Shown: one piece after another, positions 37,795 to 45,959 of the stretch
Position numbering within the stretch: the first letter of the stretch is position 1
Layout: each line of letters starts with the position of its first letter
DNA from: Patescibacteria group bacterium
GTDB taxonomy: Bacteria; Patescibacteriota; Microgenomatia; Daviesbacterales; UBA10151
Reading direction: 5' to 3'
Length of the DNA: 51,623 nucleotides
Assembly: GCA_035289525.1 (NCBI GenBank)
Contig: DATDWU010000046.1
Coordinates: forward strand, 1 to 51,623
Made by a program: the position numbers and the translations under genes
Notes under the pieces: model-generated
Database searches by the model: none
Seen by the model: only the letters and a program-made list of their open reading frames with translations
Told to the model about the DNA's origin: nothing

Positions 37795-37897
37795 ATTGTA
37801 AGGTGACTAAGGTTACTAATGCAACTAATGTGACTACCGCCGAAACTCAATTTCCTCCGTCTCCTCAGTTACCTAAGTTACTTTCGTCACTTTCTCG
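37795..37897. repeat. inverted arrays of 9-nt words (second copy)
   Basis: AAGGTGACT AAGGTTACT AATGCAACT AATGTGACT ... TCAGTTACC TAAGTTACT TTCGTCACT. Confidence 0.6.
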
Positions 37898-38827
37898 TCA
37901 CGGACACTTAATCGTTTGAGGTGTTGAGAAAGGCGAGTATTGATATGAGGTTGGGGAGGCAACTCCGGCGACCGAATACTGGGCATAATATAAAGTGCTG
38001 TCAGTTAGAGTTACGCTGACGGTTTGATTAGTTGTCGACTGGGTGGTTTGGGTGACGTTGGTTAAGTCCGAGGCACCGCTGGTTGTTCCGACCTGTAAGT
38101 TGTAAACTTCACCGCCGGAAATTGTCGGAAAATTAGCTGTAGCATACCAGGTATTGTTGCTGTTGTGAGTGGTACAGGTGGTGGTTATAGTCCCGGTCGG
38201 CGTAGACATGGGGGGTGAGGCATTGATGGTGAAAGTTTGTGAAGAAGCCGGTGCTGTCACGGTGTAGATTTGAGAAGTGGCATAATCGGTATTTACTCCT
38301 CCGGAAGAGCCTTTCAAAACTGCCAGCATATCATAGGCTTTGCCGCTTTGGGCGTTACTCCAACTCCAGGTCGTACCGGTCGTGGTTGATACTCCGCTGA
38401 CGACAGTCTGGTATTGATTGCCGGAGCCGTTTTCCCTGGCCACAATTACGATTGAAGAGCCACTTGGAATAGTACCGCTGATACTTATTGTGCCGGAAAT
38501 TTTGGCACTTCCGGTAGTTTGGTTTGAAGTTTGGTTGGAAGTGGAACTGCTGGTGTTGTTTTGTAAAACAGTCAATGTTCCGATAGTTGATGAATTTGCA
38601 CCGGATAATTTAGGTTTGGCTGAGCCTTTCGATGAAGAATTTTGGACAGAGGCTTTAGGTATCGGTGTATTTTGAGGTGCAGCCGGATTAGACGATGAAG
38701 GGGCGTTTTCAAGTATCTGTTTTGGCGGCGGAGGAGGTAAAGGCTTATCAAGAAATGTCTTATAGACGGCGAATATTGAGGTCAGGGTAATGAGCGTACT
38801 GACTATTATGGCGACAGGAAACCACAT
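37898..38827 (-). CDS. membrane-anchored surface protein (paralog 2)
   Basis: N-terminal TM helix, Pro/Ser/Thr-rich linker, and one ISGTISISGTIPSGSSIVIV module. Its C-terminal domain is collinear with paralog 1 and ends IKCP. Confidence 0.7.
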   Translation of the reverse strand: MWFPVAIIVSTLITLTSIFAVYKTFLDKPLPPPPPKQILENAPSSSNPAAPQNTPIPKASVQNSSSKGSAKPKLSGANSSTIGTLTVLQNNTSSSTSNQTSNQTTGSAKISGTISISGTIPSGSSIVIVARENGSGNQYQTVVSGVSTTTGTTWSWSNAQSGKAYDMLAVLKGSSGGVNTDYATSQIYTVTAPASSQTFTINASPPMSTPTGTITTTCTTHNSNNTWYATANFPTISGGEVYNLQVGTTSGASDLTNVTQTTQSTTNQTVSVTLTDSTLYYAQYSVAGVASPTSYQYSPFSTPQTIKCP

Positions 38828-38873
38828 ACTTTAAAAGTAACAAAGGTGTGGAAAGGTATCAAGAGTCTCAAAC

Positions 38874-38909
38874 GGGCAAAAAGAATCCCCGCACTTTTCG
38901 GGTGCGGGG
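38874..38909 (-). terminator. intrinsic terminator after the RRM gene
   Basis: CCCCGCAC-N7-GTGCGGGG with U-rich tracts on both strands. Confidence 0.7.
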
Positions 38910-38924
38910 TTAGTTCTTTTTTAA

Positions 38925-39194
38925 TTAGCGGTCTTCCCTTGGTCTAGCCTCGTTAACAACAATTTTTCTTCCTTCCATATCCGAACCATTAAGTTTCTCA
39001 ATGGCTTCCATAGCCTCATTATCATTGGCCATTTCAACGAAACCGAATCCGCGTGAGCGGCCGGTCATTCTATCTTTTAGAACAACTGCTGAAACAACTG
39101 ATCCGAATTGAGAAAAAAGGTCACCTAATTTTTGATCGTCAACTGCCCAGGGAAGGGAACCGACAAAAAGTTTTTTAATAGTAATCACCGCCAA
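38925..39194 (-). CDS. RRM-type RNA-binding protein
   Basis: RNP2 (KLFVGSL) and RNP1 (RGFGFVEM) motifs. 89 aa. Confidence 0.85.
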   Translation of the reverse strand: MAVITIKKLFVGSLPWAVDDQKLGDLFSQFGSVVSAVVLKDRMTGRSRGFGFVEMANDNEAMEAIEKLNGSDMEGRKIVVNEARPREDR

Positions 39195-39302
39195 TCTAGT
39201 ATTAGAAAGCTTTCTCGTTACTAGACTGACAGTCTGAAACTTAACATGCTTGAACTAACCACTAAGGTGAATTGTATCGTTCCCATAGTAAAAAAGCAAT
39301 AT

Positions 39303-41084
39303 TTACCTTGTCCCGTTTAAATCTTTTTTTCTGATTCTGATATTTTTTGGTGTGACCTCAACCAGCTCCGAATCGTCGATATATTCGAGCGAGTCTTCCA
39401 GATCCATCAGTTTCGGTGCATTAAAATGTTCCGAAACTCCTTCGCCCGAAGATCTATGGTTAGTTTGCTGTTTTTCCTTGCAGACATTAACACTGATATC
39501 GCCGGAACGGGCATTAGATCCGACTAGCTGGCCTTTGTAGACAGGTGAGTTGGGTCCGATAAATAAAGTTCCGCGGGACTGAATGCCGGTTAAACCATGA
39601 AGTTTAGTGGTGCCGGTCTCATGAACTACCAGTGAACCGTTATCTCTGGTGAACGCGGATCCATTGTCCGGCTTAAAGTCCTCAAAAATAGTATTCATTA
39701 TTCCCAGGCCTTTGGTATCGGTGATAAATTGGCTTCTGAAACCGAATAATTCGCGGGTGGGGATGACATATTCAACATCAACGATTCCGCCTTCATTTTT
39801 CATGTTAATCAGCTGGGCATGTCTTTGGCCTAATTTTTGGATAATTGTCCCGGAAAATTCTTCCGGAGTTTCTATAAACAGTCTTTCATAGGGGGCGAGG
39901 GTAATACCGTCCTCCACTTTAGTGATAACCTGAGGGCGGGCTACCTGGAATTCATAGCCTTCCCTGCGCATTCTTTCAATCAGTATGGCCAGATGGAGTT
40001 CACCCCGGCCCGATACAATCCAGTCTGTATTAGGTCCGTTCTCAACCCGGAGGGCTACATCGGTTTCCAGCTCTTTGTAAAGTCTTTCCTGGATTTGGCG
40101 GGTGGTTTTAAATTCTCCTTCCCTTCCTGCAAAAGGAGAGGTATTAACGCTAAAAACCATCCTGATTGTCGGCTCTTCAATATCAAGAAGGGGAAGGGCC
40201 ACCGGATTATCCGGGTCGGCAATAGTTTCACCGATCGTAATATCGGCAATTCCCGAAAGTGCAACAATATCGCCTGCTTCGGCTTCTTTTATCTCAAGCC
40301 GTTCCAGCCCGATAAAACTCATTAGTGAGGAAATCCGGTATTTTTTTTGCTCGCCCTGGCGGTTAATGTGAATTACTTCCGAGCCCGAAGTAATTTTTCC
40401 GTTTTCAACCCTGCCGGTACCGATCCGGCCTTTAAAATTATCACCGCTGATATTGGTGATTAAAATTTGCAGCGGTTTACCGGGGTCTCCCGTGGGCTCA
40501 GGAATTTCTCTCATGATAGCCTCAAAAACAGGAGTGATATCGGTCATTTTATCTATATCTGCTTCCAAACCGGCTTTACCGTACTTGCCCGAAGAATAAA
40601 TTACCGGGAAGTAAGCGGTTTGTTCATCCGCCCCTAAGTCAATAAACAAATCAAAGGTTTTATTTAAAACATATTCGATCCTGGCATCAGGCCGGTCGAT
40701 CTTGTTGACTACAACTATGATTTTCAAACCCATTTTTAATGCCTGTTTTAAAACAAATCTGGTTTGGGGCATCGGGCCTTCTTTGGCATCTATCAAAAGT
40801 AAACAGCCGTCGGCCATCTTTAAGACCCGCTCAACTTCGCCTCCGAAATCAGCGTGGCCGGGCGTGTCAATGATATTAATTTTGGTTCCGTGCCAATTAA
40901 CCGAAGCATTTTTGGAAAAAATGGTAATTCCGCGCTCTTTTTCCAATTCGTTGGAGTCCATAATCAGGTCGGTTCCGACCAAATCTTTATCCATTTTGGT
41001 CTGGGTTTGGGTAAGCAAAGCGTCGACTAAAGTAGTCTTTCCGTGATCAACGTGAGCTATAATTGCGACGTTTCTTATATTCAT
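39303..41084 (-). CDS. typA: translational GTPase TypA/BipA
   Basis: NIRNVAIIAHVDHGKTTL, DTPGHADFGGE, NKID. Start trimmed to the ATG at 41084. Confidence 0.95.
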   Translation of the reverse strand: MNIRNVAIIAHVDHGKTTLVDALLTQTQTKMDKDLVGTDLIMDSNELEKERGITIFSKNASVNWHGTKINIIDTPGHADFGGEVERVLKMADGCLLLIDAKEGPMPQTRFVLKQALKMGLKIIVVVNKIDRPDARIEYVLNKTFDLFIDLGADEQTAYFPVIYSSGKYGKAGLEADIDKMTDITPVFEAIMREIPEPTGDPGKPLQILITNISGDNFKGRIGTGRVENGKITSGSEVIHINRQGEQKKYRISSLMSFIGLERLEIKEAEAGDIVALSGIADITIGETIADPDNPVALPLLDIEEPTIRMVFSVNTSPFAGREGEFKTTRQIQERLYKELETDVALRVENGPNTDWIVSGRGELHLAILIERMRREGYEFQVARPQVITKVEDGITLAPYERLFIETPEEFSGTIIQKLGQRHAQLINMKNEGGIVDVEYVIPTRELFGFRSQFITDTKGLGIMNTIFEDFKPDNGSAFTRDNGSLVVHETGTTKLHGLTGIQSRGTLFIGPNSPVYKGQLVGSNARSGDISVNVCKEKQQTNHRSSGEGVSEHFNAPKLMDLEDSLEYIDDSELVEVTPKNIRIRKKDLNGTR

Positions 41085-41086
41085 AT

Positions 41087-41224
41087 TTACGATACTGCTT
41101 TCGTCGCAATTAAAACGTTCTGCGAGCACGAAGTAAAATTTTCCCACTGAAGTGCGAAACAGGTTGTTAAGAGCGTAAGCTCGCAAGCTTCGCTTATTAT
41201 CGCGACATTTCTTATATTTGACAT
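41087..41224 (-). CDS. 45-codon upstream ORF that duplicates the typA start
   Basis: ATG TCA AAT ATA AGA AAT GTC GCG ATA ATA ... TAA. Its stop lies 2 nt before the typA ATG, and its first 10 codons mimic MNIRNVAIIA. Confidence 0.3.
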   Translation of the reverse strand: MSNIRNVAIISEACELTLLTTCFALQWENFTSCSQNVLIATKAVS

Positions 41225-41313
41225 AATTTTAGGTACGAATGGTCATTATACCTTATTTGATAAACGAATGATATAGCTATAGGGTATTACCTACAGTCTG
41301 GTAGAATTAAGAA

Positions 41314-41907
41314 ATGTTTGACGAAAAATTTGTTCTGCTGGCCTTACTTTTAAATACTTATGGCGATATGAAGTATCTAGTCGCCACTGTTAAAGGGACT
41401 ATTAAGCCCAATAAAGTTTCCTGGCTGTTTTGGGCAATTGCACCGATGACGGCTTTTGCCGGGGAAATTGCCAAGGGGGTCGGTTGGGCGTCGATTATGA
41501 CTTTGTCTGTAGGATTAAATCCTCTTTTGATTTTTTTCGCCTCATTTCTTAATAAAAAAGCCCAATGGAAAATCAGTAAATTTGATACGGCCTGCGGACT
41601 GTTATCTTTGGTCGGAATTTTTCTCTGGTTTTTAACCAGTGATGCCAACTTAGCTATATTTTTTGCTATTTTAGCCGACGTTGCCGCCGCCGCTCCGACC
41701 CTTATTAAATCCTATTATCACCCGAAAACCGAAAACGCTTCGCCGTTTATTTTTGCGGTGTTAGCTGCGATCGTTACGTTACTTACTATAAAGGAATGGA
41801 ATTTTGCCAATTACGGTTTTCCGGTCTTCATCCTTTTTTCCTGTCTGGTCTTCGTTTTACTGATCCAATTTCAAATGGGAAAGTATATCCGAAAATTTAA
41901 AATGTGA
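41314..41907 (+). CDS. membrane protein, unknown function
   Basis: 197-aa ORF with about 6 TM helices. TAGAAT lies 6 nt upstream of the ATG. Confidence 0.55.
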   Translation: MFDEKFVLLALLLNTYGDMKYLVATVKGTIKPNKVSWLFWAIAPMTAFAGEIAKGVGWASIMTLSVGLNPLLIFFASFLNKKAQWKISKFDTACGLLSLVGIFLWFLTSDANLAIFFAILADVAAAAPTLIKSYYHPKTENASPFIFAVLAAIVTLLTIKEWNFANYGFPVFILFSCLVFVLLIQFQMGKYIRKFKM

Positions 41908-41961
41908 GCCGAGTGGGATTAATTATCCCCAATCCTCCGCTGGGCTTCGGATTGCCGAACC
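41904..41961 (-). repeat. tRNA-like two-hairpin element, copy A
   Basis: GTGAGCCGAGT GGGAT-taatt-ATCCC CAATCC-N13-GGATTG CCGAACC. It overlaps the stop codon of the preceding gene. The strand assignment is tentative. Confidence 0.5.
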
Positions 41962-42037
41962 AAATCGAAGATTTAGTTCTAATCCCTCTCCCGCCTAAAA
42001 TTCTAATTTCCTCAAATGAATTGAGAAAATTAAAATT

Positions 42038-42089
42038 GTGAGCCGAGTGGGATTAAATGTCCCCAATTTGCTAAACAAATTGCCGAACC
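42038..42089 (-). repeat. tRNA-like two-hairpin element, copy B
   Basis: GTGAGCCGAGT GGGA-N7-TCCC CAATTTG-N5-CAAATTG CCGAACC. The preceding 14 nt also duplicate those before copy A. Confidence 0.5.
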
Positions 42090-42280
42090 CACAACCGATG
42101 GATAACACGCCCAATTGCTTTGCAATTGGAAGAGTCCAAATGTGACCCAAAGGGTTGTAGTTCAGAACCAAGTCATTCCAGAGCTACTTCAGTATTTTAC
42201 CTTATTCTCGAATCAAATCAACAGGCTTGCGTTCAAGCCTAATTACTACTCCGTTTAAGTATTAGAATCTTGTATTAGCT

Positions 42281-42778
42281 TTATTGGATAGCAGTTAAAT
42301 CAATAGGATTAAGTACTTGGTTAGGATTGTTAACACAGATCACATCTAGACGGCTTTTTTTAATTTCTTCTTTAAATTTTGGATCTTGGTTTATTAAATA
42401 GTTAAAATCAATATATCTATGGCTTCCGTCAGCTAATAACCCTTTGATACCAGACTCATCAGCTATAGCACAAAAATCAGGATAAATAAGTCCATTATCT
42501 TTGTATAAATCTATTTTACCCACACTTTTTTCTTCTTCTATAAACTTATCGTAGTCAGATCTCGTTTGATCCAACCATTCTTTTAGTTGGGTTCTTTTGA
42601 AATTTCCCCATAAAGGTGGGTAAAAATTTCCAATCATTTCCCAAGCCTCTTCCCCAATGTATTGGCTCACTTGAGCATCACTTGATATTTTATCCCAATT
42701 AACCCCTATACCCACTGCAGGTGTATCATCATGGTCAGTTTTATTTTTCCAGTATGATATGAAATCAGAAGCGGTCAT
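42281..42778 (-). CDS. hypothetical protein with a ParB/Srx-like DGSHR motif
   Basis: 165-aa ORF. LLADGSHRYIDF resembles the DGxHR signature of ParB-like nuclease folds. Confidence 0.45.
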   Translation of the reverse strand: MTASDFISYWKNKTDHDDTPAVGIGVNWDKISSDAQVSQYIGEEAWEMIGNFYPPLWGNFKRTQLKEWLDQTRSDYDKFIEEEKSVGKIDLYKDNGLIYPDFCAIADESGIKGLLADGSHRYIDFNYLINQDPKFKEEIKKSRLDVICVNNPNQVLNPIDLTAIQ

Positions 42779-42807
42779 AATTTTTTTGTAACAGTATAAT
42801 ATTAGTT

Positions 42808-43536
42808 ATGGGTATAAATATGCAAGACTATTGGTATTCTCCGGCTTATGTTATTTACATGGCTCAGGAGTTAATAGGAATTTATAGTCAAGAAATAATT
42901 GATAAAGATTCGCATAACTTTAAACAAGTTGGCGAAATGAAATGTACAGCTATAATGCTGTTGGCACTTCATAAAGCTTTTGGACACCATTTCTTTATGC
43001 AGGCTTCTAAAGAGGAGTTTCCTGATGTCTGGACGCTTTATCAAGAGCAAGTTAGGACAGATTATGTAGATACTAAATATCAAACAGTTGAGGTTGTAAC
43101 TTACTTTCCAAACATGGAGATTGAAGTCGCTGATTTTGTTTTAAAGAGTAAGCTAATAAACCCTAAAAAGGCTTACGACGAAGAAACTATAATAGTTTGT
43201 TACATAAGAAAGGCTGGTACTTATGTGGACTTTAATCAGCTATATCAAAAACTGAGCAAGCATAAATTTAAACCCACCAGAGTCTTTGTTATAGGAAATA
43301 CGGTTAGGGATCAAAATATATTTATGCTGTCGCAAGTTTGGCCGATTATCCACCATGAAGCAGTTCATTTTATTGAAAGAGCTAAATCATACCCTTTACC
43401 ACACAGAGTGTTTTTTAAAAAAGGAGTTACCAAGACAATTGATTATTCTAAAAATAGGGGAACACTAAAAACAAACCCTTATGAAGTTTTCAATATAGAC
43501 GAGGGAAAGGTTAGGGAAAAATATGAAAAGACTTAA
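42808..43536 (+). CDS. hypothetical protein
   Basis: 242-aa ORF, divergent from the previous gene with a 29-bp spacer. TATAAT lies 7 nt upstream. Confidence 0.5.
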   Translation: MGINMQDYWYSPAYVIYMAQELIGIYSQEIIDKDSHNFKQVGEMKCTAIMLLALHKAFGHHFFMQASKEEFPDVWTLYQEQVRTDYVDTKYQTVEVVTYFPNMEIEVADFVLKSKLINPKKAYDEETIIVCYIRKAGTYVDFNQLYQKLSKHKFKPTRVFVIGNTVRDQNIFMLSQVWPIIHHEAVHFIERAKSYPLPHRVFFKKGVTKTIDYSKNRGTLKTNPYEVFNIDEGKVREKYEKT

Positions 43537-43558
43537 CAAAAAAGACACTCATAATTCT

Positions 43559-44017
43559 TTAGGAACTGATAAAATCAGCCTTACCTCTGTTGCAGTTTAA
43601 GCAAAGAGTTTGAAGATTATCAAGAGTATTTTTTCCTCCTCCAATTACAGGTTTTATATGATCCACCTCCAATACAGTTTCTAGTGCTGTTCCCCCACAA
43701 GCTCGACACTTGAAGCCATCTCTCAGGAACACCTGATATCTTAGTCTTTTTGAAGGTCTGTTTCTCTCATAAAAGGGTTTTAAATCTAAGGTCGTGGCAA
43801 GTTTAGTGCGACTTATTTTTTTCTTTATAGCGTCAGACCACTTTAGACCTTTATTCCAAGCTATTTTTCCTTTTCTTGAGTTGCTAATTTTAGTTCTAAT
43901 TTCCTCGGACCAAGGTTTACCCTTATTCCAAGCTGAAGTACCCTTCCTAGACTCACTAATCCTTTTTTTCATAGCCTCTGTTAGCTTCTTACCTTTATTC
44001 CAGGGTTCTCTAGGCAT
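43559..44017 (-). CDS. HNH endonuclease with three NUMOD3-like repeats
   Basis: Three WNKG(K/L)xxS/TxxxxxKIS repeats, then CRACGG...EVDHIKP...NLQTLCLNCNRGK. Confidence 0.8.
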   Translation of the reverse strand: MPREPWNKGKKLTEAMKKRISESRKGTSAWNKGKPWSEEIRTKISNSRKGKIAWNKGLKWSDAIKKKISRTKLATTLDLKPFYERNRPSKRLRYQVFLRDGFKCRACGGTALETVLEVDHIKPVIGGGKNTLDNLQTLCLNCNRGKADFISS

Positions 44018-44073
44018 AATTTATAGAGTTTTCTTCCTTTGATTTATAACATAAGTTATATAATAATCCTAAC

Positions 44074-44361
44074 ATGGCTGGCAATGAAAATTTATATTCT
44101 GAGTTGTTAATTAAGTTCTCAAACAGTAAATATATTTCTCCTGCAAAAATCCAAAGGATTATGAAAGTTCCTTATTCAACGGCAGACTTACTTCTGAATA
44201 GATTAGTTAATGAGGGTTTAGCTTCTCCAAGAATAGGCGCTTATCCGTGTATTATGCTCAGAGGTCTATTTAGGAAATTAAAAGCAAAACAGGCTGAGCT
44301 TATGACTAACTTGATACTCAGAACTGGGTACAAAGTTGATCCTAAGGAATTTTTAAAATAA
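44074..44361 (+). CDS. small winged-helix protein (FtsK-gamma-like)
   Basis: ISPAKIQRIMKVPYSTADLLLNRLVNEGL resembles the FtsK gamma wHTH. Confidence 0.45.
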   Translation: MAGNENLYSELLIKFSNSKYISPAKIQRIMKVPYSTADLLLNRLVNEGLASPRIGAYPCIMLRGLFRKLKAKQAELMTNLILRTGYKVDPKEFLK

Positions 44362-44403
44362 ACCAGCCTTCTGCTTTTGCCTACTTCTGTTAAAATACCT
44401 CTA

Positions 44404-44718
44404 ATGGATAAAGAGGCGAAGCTAAAGTTACTGAAAACTAAAGTTGAGTTTGTGAACAGTTTACTTGAGAAAGTTGACTGGGAGGCACTTAGGCAATGGC
44501 GGGAAGAGACTTTGATGATTCTGGATAACTTGATTGACGAGGAGTCAAAGTATTACAAGAACTTTGAAAAGATCGGTTATAGATCGGGGGTTCTTTCAAT
44601 GATGGATCCTGAGGGAAATCGCAGAAGAGATGAGGAGGCTTATGTATCAGGTCTCCAAAAAGCAAAGAGTAGCCTAAATGCGATTTTATATGGCATTGAG
44701 CAAGGACTACTAATTTAA
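44404..44718 (+). CDS. hypothetical helical protein
   Basis: ORF track starts at the TTG at 44377. The ATG at 44404 is preferred. Predicted to be all-helical. Confidence 0.45.
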   Translation: MDKEAKLKLLKTKVEFVNSLLEKVDWEALRQWREETLMILDNLIDEESKYYKNFEKIGYRSGVLSMMDPEGNRRRDEEAYVSGLQKAKSSLNAILYGIEQGLLI

Positions 44719-44720
44719 CA

Positions 44721-45632
44721 ATGAGTGACACTTTCTCTGATGAGCAGATTAGGGACGGGATAATTCAAATGCTTTATAAAGCTCACCGTAACCCTAAAGG
44801 TAAATATAAGAATGTAACTTTCTCTGTTTTGCAAAAAGAAGTGAGAGAATATATCGATTGTTCCAGAGAGGATATACTTCGAGAGATTAGGTATTTAATA
44901 GAGAAAAAATTGATCAAGGATGAGAAAGTTAGGTATGCAGGGACTAAAGTCGGCAATATCAAATTCCCCGCGGGTTATACAGAGTATTACTCTTTAACCA
45001 GTAAGGCTATTGATCTTTTGGAGCCTCCAAGTAAATATGCTAATATTGGCTACATGATAACCCGGCACACTATTAGAATCCTAAAAGCCTCAGAAAACTT
45101 TGAAACCCCGCATGAGTATAGAGCAGATTTTCAGCCGGACGCCTGCTTTCTGCCAATAGAAGCTGACGTAGATGAGAAGGACAGAATCCAACTAGTAATG
45201 AACGGGGAGGTTAAGGAAGAAAAGGTGGCAGGTGAGATTAAAAAATATTATGATCAACCGTTAGCACATATCGAAGTTAAATGGAAAAAAGAAAATAACA
45301 ATCAGCCGGGTAATTATATCCACATGACTAACTCCTCAATAACTGCTCCTGTTACCCAGGGTTCGGGTAACATTATCGTTACATATAAACCACAGACAGA
45401 TATTGAGAATATAATTAAATTGATTAGGGAAAAGGAGGGGCTTGATGAAGAAACAAAAACTCAGGTTGTATCTTTGGTGGAATCAGAACTTCCCATAATA
45501 TTAGAGGAAGCAGACTCAGTAAAAACAAGATCGCTAATTGGCAGATTAAAAGGTATGGGTCAAGCTTGGCTTATTCCGATTATTACCCAAGTAGCTGCAA
45601 CATATATCCAATACTCTTTGGGAATAAACTAA
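44721..45632 (+). CDS. hypothetical protein with N-terminal wHTH and C-terminal hydrophobic helix
   Basis: 303-aa ORF starting 2 nt after the previous stop. Confidence 0.5.
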   Translation: MSDTFSDEQIRDGIIQMLYKAHRNPKGKYKNVTFSVLQKEVREYIDCSREDILREIRYLIEKKLIKDEKVRYAGTKVGNIKFPAGYTEYYSLTSKAIDLLEPPSKYANIGYMITRHTIRILKASENFETPHEYRADFQPDACFLPIEADVDEKDRIQLVMNGEVKEEKVAGEIKKYYDQPLAHIEVKWKKENNNQPGNYIHMTNSSITAPVTQGSGNIIVTYKPQTDIENIIKLIREKEGLDEETKTQVVSLVESELPIILEEADSVKTRSLIGRLKGMGQAWLIPIITQVAATYIQYSLGIN

Positions 45633-45634
45633 TC

Positions 45635-45847
45635 TCAGAATAAATCTTTTAGTGGAATTCCCAATATTCGAGCGATTCTTTCTAAAATTTCTACTGACGG
45701 AACATTTCGTCCTTGCTCTATAAAACCCATATAAGCTCGACTAATATTAACTTTGTCTGCGACCACTTCTTGACTCATTCCTTTATCTTTTCTTACCTTC
45801 TGAATCTTTTTTCCTAGTTTCTTAGGAAGAACTGCATTTTTTCTCAT
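45635..45847 (-). CDS. XRE-family HTH regulator
   Basis: LGKKIQKVRKDKGMSQEVVADKVNISRAYMGFIEQG. Start trimmed to the ATG at 45847 (the track gives 45958). Confidence 0.75.
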   Translation of the reverse strand: MRKNAVLPKKLGKKIQKVRKDKGMSQEVVADKVNISRAYMGFIEQGRNVPSVEILERIARILGIPLKDLF

Positions 45848-45893
45848 GTATAAATTATTCTGTTGAAGCGAGATGTTTGCCACTAAACTACAA

Positions 45894-45948
45894 TTAGCAT
45901 TTAGCTTCGATTTGGTATTGATTTTTTGATAAATGTGAGTTAGCATTT
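45894..45948. promoter_or_regulatory. divergent control region with repeated TTAGCATTT boxes
   Basis: TTAGCATTT at 45894-45902 and 45940-45948, between the XRE gene and the 45960 gene. Confidence 0.3.
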
Positions 45949-45959
45949 GTGGAGTCAAT

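Noticed and set aside
36274-37897. CRISPR-like array or iterons formed by the 9-mer repeats.
   Set aside because: The units are only 9 nt long and directly abut one another with no spacers. The arrays are inverted and sit at gene 3' ends. No cas or replication genes lie nearby.
36369-38827. Diversity-generating retroelement target/template pair.
   Set aside because: Differences between the paralogs are spread over all codon positions and nucleotides rather than confined to adenine positions. No reverse transcriptase is present in the window.
39837-40325. 162-aa plus-strand ORF. Similar ORFs occur at 39352-39540, 39649-39891, 40102-40371 and 40702-41046.
   Set aside because: All lie antisense inside typA, whose GTPase motifs leave no doubt about the coding strand. 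They are shadow ORFs.
41904-42089. Whether the two-hairpin elements (here and at 49473-49945) are genuine tRNA genes.
   Set aside because: I could not fold any copy into a cloverleaf. There is no D arm, the T-loop lacks the TTC(R)A signature, hairpin loops range from 5 to 15 nt, and the acceptor strands do not pair in copies A and B. They are kept as tRNA-like or tRNA-derived repeats only.
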